Of a DNA stretch of 14,190 nucleotides, positions 1 to 7,314 are shown piece after piece (positions within the stretch are counted from its first letter, which is position 1; each line of letters begins with the position of its first letter). The notes under the pieces are model-generated. The model had not been told where the DNA came from. It was given only the letters and a program-made list of their open reading frames with translations, and ran no database searches. Origin of the DNA: Longimicrobiales bacterium (GTDB lineage Bacteria > Gemmatimonadota > Gemmatimonadetes > Longimicrobiales > Gaopeijiaceae). The position numbers and the translations under genes are program-made. The stretch spans positions 1 through 14,190 of the forward strand of contig CBDANQ010000028.1 of NCBI GenBank assembly GCA_965197725.1, in the 5' to 3' direction.

Positions 1-375
1 CAGCGTGATGAGCGCGAACACCAGCACCGCGCCCCAGATGGCGGTGGCCGAGTAGGAGACCAGGAGCAGCCGGGTGAACTCCTTGGCCAGCTTGTCGAAG
101 CGCTCTTCCTTGTTGACCATCCCGATCAACTCTGCGACCACGGCGAACATCGGCACGCCGAGCACGAAAGCGGCGAAGAAGAGATGGAGCTGCGCGGCGA
201 TCCACACCGCCGCCCGCGATCCGATGAGGGGGAAGTCACCGTACTCGCGCGACGTGTAGCCCTGAGCGAGCAGCGGATCGGCCAGGAGCGCGAGCGCGGA
301 TACCACGGCACCCACGCACAGCAACGGGAACGCCGTCCGCCGCAGGGTTCGAGCGAGCGAGAGACGCTCAGACAT
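1..375 (-). CDS. Cytochrome bd-like (CydA-related) membrane protein, N-terminal 125 aa; runs off the window edge
   Basis: Manual translation from ATG 375: MSERLSLARTLRRTAFPLLCVGAVVSALALLADPLLAQGYTSREYGDFPLIGSRAAVWIAAQLHLFFAAFVLGVPMFAVVAELIGMVNKEERFDKLAKEFTRLLLVSYSATAIWGAVLVFALITL. The frame is open to base 1. The QLH-x8-G first helix and the following E..G....FD.LA pattern resemble CydA TM1/TM2. AGGGAGA SD upstream; 8-nt overlap with the upstream stop. Confidence 0.75.
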   Translation of the reverse strand, partial: MSERLSLARTLRRTAFPLLCVGAVVSALALLADPLLAQGYTSREYGDFPLIGSRAAVWIAAQLHLFFAAFVLGVPMFAVVAELIGMVNKEERFDKLAKEFTRLLLVSYSATAIWGAVLVFALITL

Positions 376-1801
376 CGGTGGTTTCTCCCTGTGAGCCTTC
401 TCGCTCTCCCTGTGAGCCCTTTCCGACGTCCGAACGGAGGAAGAAGGGGAGCTTCTTGGAGAAGTCCACGGGCATCGAGCGACGCACTTCAGCCATGACT
501 TCGAGGTCCACTGCGGGGTAACCGCGCTTTCTCGCGAACTCTTCGACGCGGCTGGTAACGACGCCCCGAACGAAGCTCGGAATCCGCTCTAGGCGTTGCC
601 GCGCCTCGGGCGTCCACACGAGCGCGGTTTCGGTCGCCTGACCGTACGCCAACGGGCGCTGGCGCTTGACGACCGCCCGATCGCCCGGCGGGTCGTACGC
701 ACACGACTCGTCGCTTCCCAGCGGGTCACCGGACTGGGCGTACGCGCGAGCCCGACACCCTCCGCAGACCTCGCGGTACTCACAGCGCCCACACTTGCCT
801 CCGAGCTCGCCCTCGCGCAGCGCGGCGAAGACGGGGGACGACGTCCAGACCTCGCGGAACGACTCGCGCGTGAGATCACCCGCGACCGCCGGGAGATAGG
901 GGCACGGCGTGAGCTTCCCCTCCGGGGTGATGCGACAGTAGTGGACCCCGCATGGGCAGCGCGTCTCGTAATTGAGGAGCCCCGAGTCGACTCCGGCCTC
1001 GAGAACGTGCCGCATCAGCTGTGGCTGGCACTTGGAGCGGACCATGAGACGGCCGCGATACTCCTGCTCGAGCGAGAGCAGCTCGGCCAGCACGTCCTCG
1101 TTCTCGGTCGGCGTCAGCCCCTGCATTCCCTCGCCGCGCCCGGTAGGAACGAGGAAGTACAGGTTGAACGAGACCGCGCCCTTTTCAGCCGTCCAGGCCA
1201 CCAGGTCGGAGAGCTCGTGACGGTTGCCCTTCGTGAGGCTGGTCTGGATGATGAAGTCCAGCTCGTGCTGCACGAGGCGGTCCACCGCGGCAAGCGTTCC
1301 CTCGAGCGCCCCTGCGCCGTGGCGGAAGCGATCGTGATACGTCGGGCTCAGAGAGTCCACGCTCACCGCCACGCCCCGCACGCCTGCCGCCTTCAGAGAC
1401 TCGATGCGCTCGTGCGTGAGGCCGATACCGTTCGTGCCCACCACGACCGTAGCCCCCGCCGAAGCAGCGCGCTCCGCGATGGATTCCAGGTCGTCGCGCA
1501 GCAGGGGCTCGCCCCCACTGAGAATCAGGAGCATCGACGGGTTCACCGCTATCAGCTCGTCGAGAATGCGGAAGCACTCGCGGGTGGGCAGCTCACCCTC
1601 GGTCCCGTGCCAGGCCCCGGCCGAGATGTAGCAGTGTGAGCACTCGAGGTTGCAGCGGCGCGTGAGGTTCCAGGCGACCACGTGCGGAAGGAGTGTTCCT
1701 CCGGCGCTGGTGTCCACCGGGTCGCCCCACGGCAGCGCCGAGCTCGAGGAAGGCGGAAAGTCGATGACCGGAAGCGGGGGCACGGGCGAGGCCGCAGTCA
1801 C
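368..1801 (-). CDS. Radical SAM/SPASM protein (AhbD/NirJ-like) with C-terminal PCP_red-like domain
   Basis: WNLTRRCNLECSHCY (CxxxCxxC), SGGEPLLR, SPASM cysteines CPCG..YCRITPEG..TPCPY and CGRCEYREVCGGCRARA...DESC. The tail WTPEARQRLERIPSFVRGVV...VEEFAR is PCP_red-like. Start placed at GTG 1801 (GTGA overlap with the upstream stop); the listed extension to 2119 overlaps the USP gene. Confidence 0.9.
   Translation of the reverse strand: MTAASPVPPLPVIDFPPSSSSALPWGDPVDTSAGGTLLPHVVAWNLTRRCNLECSHCYISAGAWHGTEGELPTRECFRILDELIAVNPSMLLILSGGEPLLRDDLESIAERAASAGATVVVGTNGIGLTHERIESLKAAGVRGVAVSVDSLSPTYHDRFRHGAGALEGTLAAVDRLVQHELDFIIQTSLTKGNRHELSDLVAWTAEKGAVSFNLYFLVPTGRGEGMQGLTPTENEDVLAELLSLEQEYRGRLMVRSKCQPQLMRHVLEAGVDSGLLNYETRCPCGVHYCRITPEGKLTPCPYLPAVAGDLTRESFREVWTSSPVFAALREGELGGKCGRCEYREVCGGCRARAYAQSGDPLGSDESCAYDPPGDRAVVKRQRPLAYGQATETALVWTPEARQRLERIPSFVRGVVTSRVEEFARKRGYPAVDLEVMAEVRRSMPVDFSKKLPFFLRSDVGKGSQGEREGSQGETTDV
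384..418. repeat. 14-bp direct repeat (TCTCCCTGTGAGCC x2, period 21)
   Basis: Copies at 384-397 and 405-418. They encode GSQGE twice at the radical SAM C-terminus and duplicate the AGGGAGA SD of the next gene. Confidence 0.85.
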
Positions 1802-3903
1802 TCCGAGGCGCCCTCGTTCTTCATGTACGCCTCGACCGCGGCCTTCGCCTGCTCCGGAGTCGCGGTCTTGAAGTCGATCGGGCACTCCTCCGCGGCCTCG
1901 GCGACGTCGCGGATCGGGCAGCGGGTGACGCCGCTCGCCTTGGCTTCCTCGATGAATCGCCTCATCTCCGGGGTCAGGCCGTCGACACCTTCCGCCGCGG
2001 CCTTGAGCTGCTTGGACTGGAGCTCGCGGAACATCACGAGCATCGTGTCCACGTCGAACTCGTCGGCCTCGATCATCGCGTCTTTGTTCTCGTCCATGAC
2101 GAGCGTCGTGACGCGCCAAAAATCGTGCTCTCGCGCAAATCGCTCCACCGTGTTACGCGCCAGCGGCCGCGCGATGAGCGGCACCGCGCGCAGGCGCTCG
2201 AAGGCCTCGCTGGTCCAGGCGACGGGATCCGCCTCGGTCCGCTCGCGGATCTGCGCATGACCGGTGTACGGGCAAGTCGTGGAGATCATGGGCACGTCCG
2301 CCTCCGGGTCGGCGTCGCTCCCCTCGACGTGCGTCCGCTTCATGGCGTCTTCGGCCTTGACCTCCGCGAGGGCCAGCTCTTCCGCCGTCCCGATGCCCAT
2401 GATGAGCTGCATGTGGGTGGGGAGGAGCTTGGTGATCGCCTCGTCGAGCCGAGCCCCGGTCACGAGCGGCAGTTGGTTGGTGCCGAGGGGCGGAACCGCC
2501 ACCATAGGTGGGTCAGCGCTAGGTGCGGACGTGACGTTGCTCGCCGGTGCGCCGTTGCTCGCCACGTTGTCCTCGCGGTACGTCCCGTTCGCGCCCGCAC
2601 CGTAGTTGTCGAGCACGAACTCTTCCACGGCCCGCCGGGCGATGCCCAGCGCGAAGGGCGGAACCCTGAGGATGCGTACCTCGGCATCCGGCGCCCATTC
2701 GAGGCCGGTTTCGCCGTCCTCCTCGATCCACGGAATGTCCTCGGGCTGGACGTTCTGCGTCCCGACCAGCAGGACGCTGGTGTCGGTGAGGCGAAGGAGG
2801 TTGTCAGCCTGGGAGCCGAGGTCCGTCCCGTCGATCCGATGGCTGCCGTGGCGCGCAATAACGAGCACCGCGGGCTCGATCTCGGCCGCCCAACGGAGGA
2901 TGCAGTCGAAGGGCTTGCCGACCAGGATCTGAGTCTCGACCGGTACGCCCGGGAACTCCTCGGCCATGACCTGCCCGCGCTTCAGGTTGGCCTTGCAGAG
3001 CTTCAGCAGCCCCTTGTCGATGATGTTGTTGTGGAGCTCTTCCTGCTCCTCGAACTTGAAGACCTTTGACGCCGCGACCGACAGCACGTCCTTGATATTC
3101 CCGAAGACGACGTGGTGGTACTCCACGTCGAACGCCGAGCACAGGTAGAGCGACGCGTCGAACTCCTGGGCCATCTCGAGGGCGACTCGCAGAGCCTTGT
3201 AGCTGTACGCGGACCCGTCGATGCACGCCATCATCTTCCCGCCCTGGAGCGGGCGGTCGTTTCGGATGATGAGCGCGTCCTTTTCGACCTTGCGGACCAC
3301 GCGCGCGACGACCCCGCCGAGCTGGGAGAACTCCTGCCTGCCGATCCCGTGCGCCCCCATGATCAGAAGGTCGTACGCGCGACCGCTCGTGCCCGCGAGC
3401 TTCTCGTCCGCATCCTCGTCCTCCGCGACCAGCCTGCCGTCCTCTCCCAGGATGACGTCGGCTCGCACCGTGTCCCCGCCGTCGTACTTGTCGGCGATGT
3501 TGGGGTCGAAACCGATCAGGCTCGGAAGACGACCCTCGCCACCGTTGGTCTCCCGTACGATCTCTTCGTAGTTGATCCCCTCGAGGAGCTGACGCGTGAG
3601 CGGAACGTCGGCCGCCCTGCACAGTTTCTCGGTCTGGTCGAGGAACGAGTCCGAGATCAGCTGCAGGCCCTTCTCGATGAGCTTGTCGTGGATCTTCCGC
3701 TGCCGTTTGATCTCCTTGGCCGTCTGGAACTGGGCCGGGAGGCCGGTCTCGAGCTGCCGGAAGCGGACATCGTGGAGTCGCGCGGCGTAGACGTGATTTC
3801 CGGTGATTCGACCTTCCGTGCGGCGGCACAGCTCGATCGCTCGGGCGACGGCCCAGTTGGAGGGCTCGGAGTTGTCGACCGGAACCAGAATCTCTCTATA
3901 CAT
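1798..3903 (-). CDS. Tandem universal stress protein (2x USP) fused to two PCP_red-like domains and a Cys-Pro-containing tail, 701 aa
   Basis: USP1: YREILVPVDNS...DLLIMGAHG-x9-GGV. USP2: MMACIDGS...VIARHG-x9-GS. PCP_red-like segments start at W403 (WAPDAEVRILRVPPFALGIARRAVEEF) and W563 (WTSEAFERLRAVPLIARPLARNTVERFAR). Confidence 0.88.
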   Translation of the reverse strand: MYREILVPVDNSEPSNWAVARAIELCRRTEGRITGNHVYAARLHDVRFRQLETGLPAQFQTAKEIKRQRKIHDKLIEKGLQLISDSFLDQTEKLCRAADVPLTRQLLEGINYEEIVRETNGGEGRLPSLIGFDPNIADKYDGGDTVRADVILGEDGRLVAEDEDADEKLAGTSGRAYDLLIMGAHGIGRQEFSQLGGVVARVVRKVEKDALIIRNDRPLQGGKMMACIDGSAYSYKALRVALEMAQEFDASLYLCSAFDVEYHHVVFGNIKDVLSVAASKVFKFEEQEELHNNIIDKGLLKLCKANLKRGQVMAEEFPGVPVETQILVGKPFDCILRWAAEIEPAVLVIARHGSHRIDGTDLGSQADNLLRLTDTSVLLVGTQNVQPEDIPWIEEDGETGLEWAPDAEVRILRVPPFALGIARRAVEEFVLDNYGAGANGTYREDNVASNGAPASNVTSAPSADPPMVAVPPLGTNQLPLVTGARLDEAITKLLPTHMQLIMGIGTAEELALAEVKAEDAMKRTHVEGSDADPEADVPMISTTCPYTGHAQIRERTEADPVAWTSEAFERLRAVPLIARPLARNTVERFAREHDFWRVTTLVMDENKDAMIEADEFDVDTMLVMFRELQSKQLKAAAEGVDGLTPEMRRFIEEAKASGVTRCPIRDVAEAAEECPIDFKTATPEQAKAAVEAYMKNEGASE

Positions 3904-4082
3904 GGCACCCTATGGCTGTGTGCAACGCACACGCACGAGTGCCCACAACGCCAGACCGTCGCTCTTGGGTCTCGGCGCCCCCCACAGCGGCCTGGGCCAC
4001 TTCGGGCGACCGTGCTGGTTCTGCGTGTCGAGGAGGCTCGGGCCGGCGCGCTCGACCAGCCGATCCGGCCCGAATGGGGCCA

Positions 4083-4111
4083 AGTATGGACGGCCCCCAA
4101 GAGGTTGTCAA
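4083..4111 (-). promoter_or_regulatory. Sigma70-type promoter for the USP-radical SAM-bd-like genes
   Basis: Minus strand TTGACA (4111-4106), 17-nt spacer, CATACT (4088-4083), in the 308-bp intergenic gap. Confidence 0.7.
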
Positions 4112-4211
4112 CCGTCCCCCAGGGGCCCCCAAGCCGCCAAGCCAGCGGCCCCATCCACAAGTCTGAAGCGACCCGCGATAAGCCGCAGGATACACGGAGG
4201 TGCCCCCCTGG

Positions 4212-4925
4212 TCAGGCCCTTCTGGACACCCCGAGAGCTCCCGTCATCCGACCTGCCAGAACGCCGGTCACAGCGGCCATGACCACGCACCAGACCCCGA
4301 GGGCGACACCCCCACGCACCGGCGTAATCATGCTCATCGAGAGCAACGCCTCGTGCAGCGCGCGAAACGGAGCCACGCTCTCCACAGCGGCCCCGAAGGA
4401 CCCGGGCACGGGCGTGCGGAACACTCCGGACACGTGTAGGAGTAGCAGGGTGCTGACCGCGGCGAAGAGGGCCGCCTCCGCAAGCGATCGCGTTGCAGCG
4501 GCCACGAGCACGCCCATGAGGTTCGCGACCCACAGCGTCGCGGCGAGGGCCACGAAGGCTACCAGGAACGCGCGCCGACCTGCACCCGCTGCAACGGCGG
4601 CCACCGCGAGCGCGGGCCCCAGCTGTAGCACGTCGAGCGCGGCCCCGGCAGCGGTCCGCTGCAGAAAATAGCTGACAGGCGCGACTCCGGCGCGGAGCAC
4701 ACGTCCTGACAGGCCCGATTGGCCGTCGCGGACGAGGGGGATCGCGGACCCGAAAGTGCTGAAGATCGCGAACAGCACCACGTAGACCGCCGCCGCGTGC
4801 ACAGCCGGCGCCGCACCCATGGCAACCGGCAGGACAAGAAATAGTGGCACCACGACGTTGAGCACGAAGAGCCGCCTGCGCGCGGTGGCGATGCGCCACT
4901 CGATCTCCCACACAATGGCGGTCAT
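4212..4925 (-). CDS. ABC-2 type transporter permease
   Basis: About six hydrophobic segments, and the ..RD..SG...R....GV....Y pattern of ABC-2 permeases. Start placed at ATG 4925 (MTAIVWEIEWR), which forms an ATGA overlap with the ATPase stop. Confidence 0.8.
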   Translation of the reverse strand: MTAIVWEIEWRIATARRRLFVLNVVVPLFLVLPVAMGAAPAVHAAAVYVVLFAIFSTFGSAIPLVRDGQSGLSGRVLRAGVAPVSYFLQRTAAGAALDVLQLGPALAVAAVAAGAGRRAFLVAFVALAATLWVANLMGVLVAAATRSLAEAALFAAVSTLLLLHVSGVFRTPVPGSFGAAVESVAPFRALHEALLSMSMITPVRGGVALGVWCVVMAAVTGVLAGRMTGALGVSRRA

Positions 4926-5917
4926 CCGTCGATCTCCACGCCGGTGACGCTCCGAAAGACCGCGGCCAGGCCGGCATCCCGTACGACGAGGCTGCGAATC
5001 CGGGCCCCGGCCGCCGCGAGCGCTCGGCACGCTTCGGGGAGCGCGGCCTTGCCGTGCTCGCTCTCGAGCACGAGCGGATCTCCACGATCCACCAGGGTCA
5101 TTCCTTCGCCGAGCACGAGCTCGGCGCTGTCGATCCCTCCGTCGAGCGTGAACTCGAAGCGCGCGACGTCCGGCATCGAAGAGAGCAGCTCGTCGGGGCT
5201 CCCTCCGGCGACGACGCGGGCATCGTGGATGAACACGATCCGATCCGCAAGCCGGGGAAGCAGGTCGAGATCGTGGCTGGCCATCATCAGGGTACCGCCC
5301 TCACCGGACCGCTCACGCAGCAGGTCGGCAAGCGCCTCGCGCGAGTCCAGGTCCAGACCCACGAAGGGCTCGTCCAGAAGCGTGAGCGTCGGTCGGTGTG
5401 CGAGCGCCTTCACCAGGAGCAGCTTGCGTCGAGCCCCGAACGAGTAGGTCGAGACCGGTCGAGAGGCGTCCTCGGCGAGACCCAGCCGATCGAACTGCTC
5501 CCGCACAGCGGCCTCGGCCTCCTCGCGACCGAGGCCTGCGGCTCTCGCGAAGAACACCGCGTTGTGGGTGCCGGAGAGAGCCTCGAAGTGGCACGCCTCC
5601 TCGCCCGCATAACCCATCGCCACGCGCCCTGCCGCGCTCCGGCGGGAGGGCAGGTGTAGCACCCCGGCGTCGGGAATGAGGTCCCCCGCCAGGAGCCGGA
5701 GCAAGGTGCTCTTCCCGGCCCCATTCGGTCCGACGAGCGCCACGATCTCCCCGGCGCGGCCTTCCAGATCGACGCCGTCGAGCGCCGGGGCGCCGGAGTC
5801 GTAACGGTAGCTCACCGCAACGGCCCGGATGACCGGGTCGAACGCCGGATCGGTGTCGGGATCGATGCCCGGGCCGGCGTCGGGATCGATGCCCGAGCTG
5901 GCGTCGGGGCCTGACAC
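4922..5917 (-). CDS. ABC transporter ATP-binding protein
   Basis: Walker A GPNGAGKST, signature variant YSFGARRK, Walker B LLDEP, H-loop ASHD, and a C-terminal extension typical of DrrA-like exporters. Confidence 0.92.
   Translation of the reverse strand: MSGPDASSGIDPDAGPGIDPDTDPAFDPVIRAVAVSYRYDSGAPALDGVDLEGRAGEIVALVGPNGAGKSTLLRLLAGDLIPDAGVLHLPSRRSAAGRVAMGYAGEEACHFEALSGTHNAVFFARAAGLGREEAEAAVREQFDRLGLAEDASRPVSTYSFGARRKLLLVKALAHRPTLTLLDEPFVGLDLDSREALADLLRERSGEGGTLMMASHDLDLLPRLADRIVFIHDARVVAGGSPDELLSSMPDVARFEFTLDGGIDSAELVLGEGMTLVDRGDPLVLESEHGKAALPEACRALAAAGARIRSLVVRDAGLAAVFRSVTGVEIDG
5837..5908 (-). repeat. Degenerate 24-bp tandem repeat (3 units) in the ABC ATPase N-terminus
   Basis: Encodes PDASSGID-PDAGPGID-PDTDPAFD; CGGGCATCGATCCCGAC occurs twice on the minus strand. 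Confidence 0.75.
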
Positions 5918-5920
5918 GCG

Positions 5921-6370
5921 CTACATGCCCTCCAGACCCAGGTCGCTGCGCGCCCGATCCATGACCTCCGGGGTGATCACGTTGATCTCGCGCTCCGTGG
6001 CGTACTCGGCGTAGATGCGCTTGACCATGCCGCGCACGAAGCGGGGAACGTTGTCGAGGCGCTCGGTCGCTTCAGCAGACCAGGTCACGGGTCCGCGAGC
6101 GGCGTGGGGTGTCTCCGTAGCCTCGAAGGCGTCCTCACGAGGCGAGTCCAGACCCATGCGGGTCTGCTGCATCGGCTGCTGCGGAATCGTGCGACCTCCG
6201 ATTTCCACGCCCAGAGAGGTGACCAGCTGCGTCTCCATGGGGTTGGTCAGCAGCGCTATCTCACGCTTGCAAGCGGGGCAGGTGAAGATCACTGAGAGGG
6301 TGCCGTCACCGGGAAGCTGCCGCTCGGCGAAGGCCATGACCTCGTCGCAGGTCAGGCAGAGAAACTTCAT
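5921..6370 (-). CDS. Zinc-ribbon-like (CxxC...CxxC) protein with C-terminal PCP_red-like domain, 149 aa
   Basis: MKFLCLTCDE...FTCPAC, followed by WSAEATERLDNVPRFVRGMVKRIYAEYATEREINVITPEVMDRAR. ATG 6370 forms an ATGA overlap with the Mrp stop. Confidence 0.82.
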   Translation of the reverse strand: MKFLCLTCDEVMAFAERQLPGDGTLSVIFTCPACKREIALLTNPMETQLVTSLGVEIGGRTIPQQPMQQTRMGLDSPREDAFEATETPHAARGPVTWSAEATERLDNVPRFVRGMVKRIYAEYATEREINVITPEVMDRARSDLGLEGM

Positions 6371-7311
6371 GGAGCTGACTTGCGCCCACCGAAGCCTCGT
6401 TCTACTCGATCGGCCAGGGCCCCGAAGGCCTTCCCGAACAGGGAACCGTCGCTCGCGCCCGGGGGGTCGCCCCCGTCGGTACGGGCCCCCATTGCGGGGT
6501 CGAACGGGATCTCTGCCCACAGCTCCAGGCCCGTGGACTCGGTCAGGCGCCGGATACCGTCACCGGAGAAGAGCGGGAGCGGCCGCACCGCACCCGGCGA
6601 AGCGTATCCGGACATGTTGCCCACGACGCCGATCGACTCGACTCCCGCCTCCCGGAGCATAGACACGGACCGCGACACGACCGAGAGCGCCACCTCCGAG
6701 GGAATCGTGACCACGAGGACACCCGCAGGCTTCGGAACCAGGTCGAGGAGCCGCCCGATCTTGTCGGTACCCGGCGGAATGTCGATCAGGAGATAATCCA
6801 GCTCGCCCCAGACGACGTCCGAAAGGAATTCCCGAAGCGCCGCGGCCTCGGTCACGCCCTGCCATACGAAGCGGTCCGAGTCAGGACCTTTCCAGTGGAG
6901 CGGAGCGTCCTCCTTCAGCAGAAGCTCGGTCGAGATCCCCAGCACACCACCGGCCCCCGCCGGTGGCACCACGCCATCGGGACCGTCCACGAGCCTGCTA
7001 TCCAGAAGGCCCATCATACGGCCGAGCGATGGCCCGTTGAGATCCGCATCCAGCACGCCGACGCGAGCGCCGCGACGGGCGAGCGATACTGCGAGGTTGG
7101 CGGTCACCGCGCTCTTGCCGACACCTCCCTTTCCGCTCGCAACAGCGATGATGGCACCGATCGTCTCGAGGCGAGCCGAGACGCGGGCGCGCTGCCCGAG
7201 CACTTGTTCCAGGAGCTCGGACCCCGTCTCATGTGAAACCTCGGCGTACCCCCGAACCTTGCGTGGCTCATGGGCCGCCGGGCCGTCAACGCCCGTCTCC
7301 GTGCGCTCCAC
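6367..7311 (-). CDS. Mrp/ApbC/NBP35-family P-loop ATPase, lacking the CxxC motif
   Basis: VASGKGGVGKS deviant Walker A, DADLNGPS, WGELDYLLIDIPPGTD, VVTIPS, and GNMS in place of ENMS. Confidence 0.9.
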   Translation of the reverse strand: MERTETGVDGPAAHEPRKVRGYAEVSHETGSELLEQVLGQRARVSARLETIGAIIAVASGKGGVGKSAVTANLAVSLARRGARVGVLDADLNGPSLGRMMGLLDSRLVDGPDGVVPPAGAGGVLGISTELLLKEDAPLHWKGPDSDRFVWQGVTEAAALREFLSDVVWGELDYLLIDIPPGTDKIGRLLDLVPKPAGVLVVTIPSEVALSVVSRSVSMLREAGVESIGVVGNMSGYASPGAVRPLPLFSGDGIRRLTESTGLELWAEIPFDPAMGARTDGGDPPGASDGSLFGKAFGALADRVERGFGGRKSAP

Positions 7312-7314
7312 TCG

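Noticed and set aside
368..1801. RiPP cluster (SPASM enzyme plus ABC exporter)
   Set aside because: No precursor peptide, PqqD/RRE domain or peptidase is seen, and the motifs and context fit tetrapyrrole-type enzymes better. Not fully excluded.
1802..2119. Listed N-terminal extensions of the radical SAM ORF, and likewise of the ORFs listed as starting at 5030, 6520 and 7713
   Set aside because: They overlap upstream genes in another frame and are low-complexity; internal starts at the stop/start overlaps fit better.
596..4671. Long plus-strand ORFs (596-1639, 2125-3069, 3112-4671) and Arg-rich alternative-frame ORFs
   Set aside because: These are shadow ORFs opposite or overlapping well-supported genes, as expected in high-GC DNA; no recognisable motifs.
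480..6082. Photosynthesis / protochlorophyllide reductase genes suggested by the PCP_red domains
   Set aside because: Only the small C-terminal domain is present; there is no BchN/BchB catalytic core, and the ATPase is Mrp-type, not BchL/NifH.
7226..7239. parS-like sequence GTTTCACATGAGAC inside the Mrp gene
   Set aside because: It has two mismatches to the GTTTCACGTGAAAC core, is a single copy within coding sequence, and there is no parB nearby.
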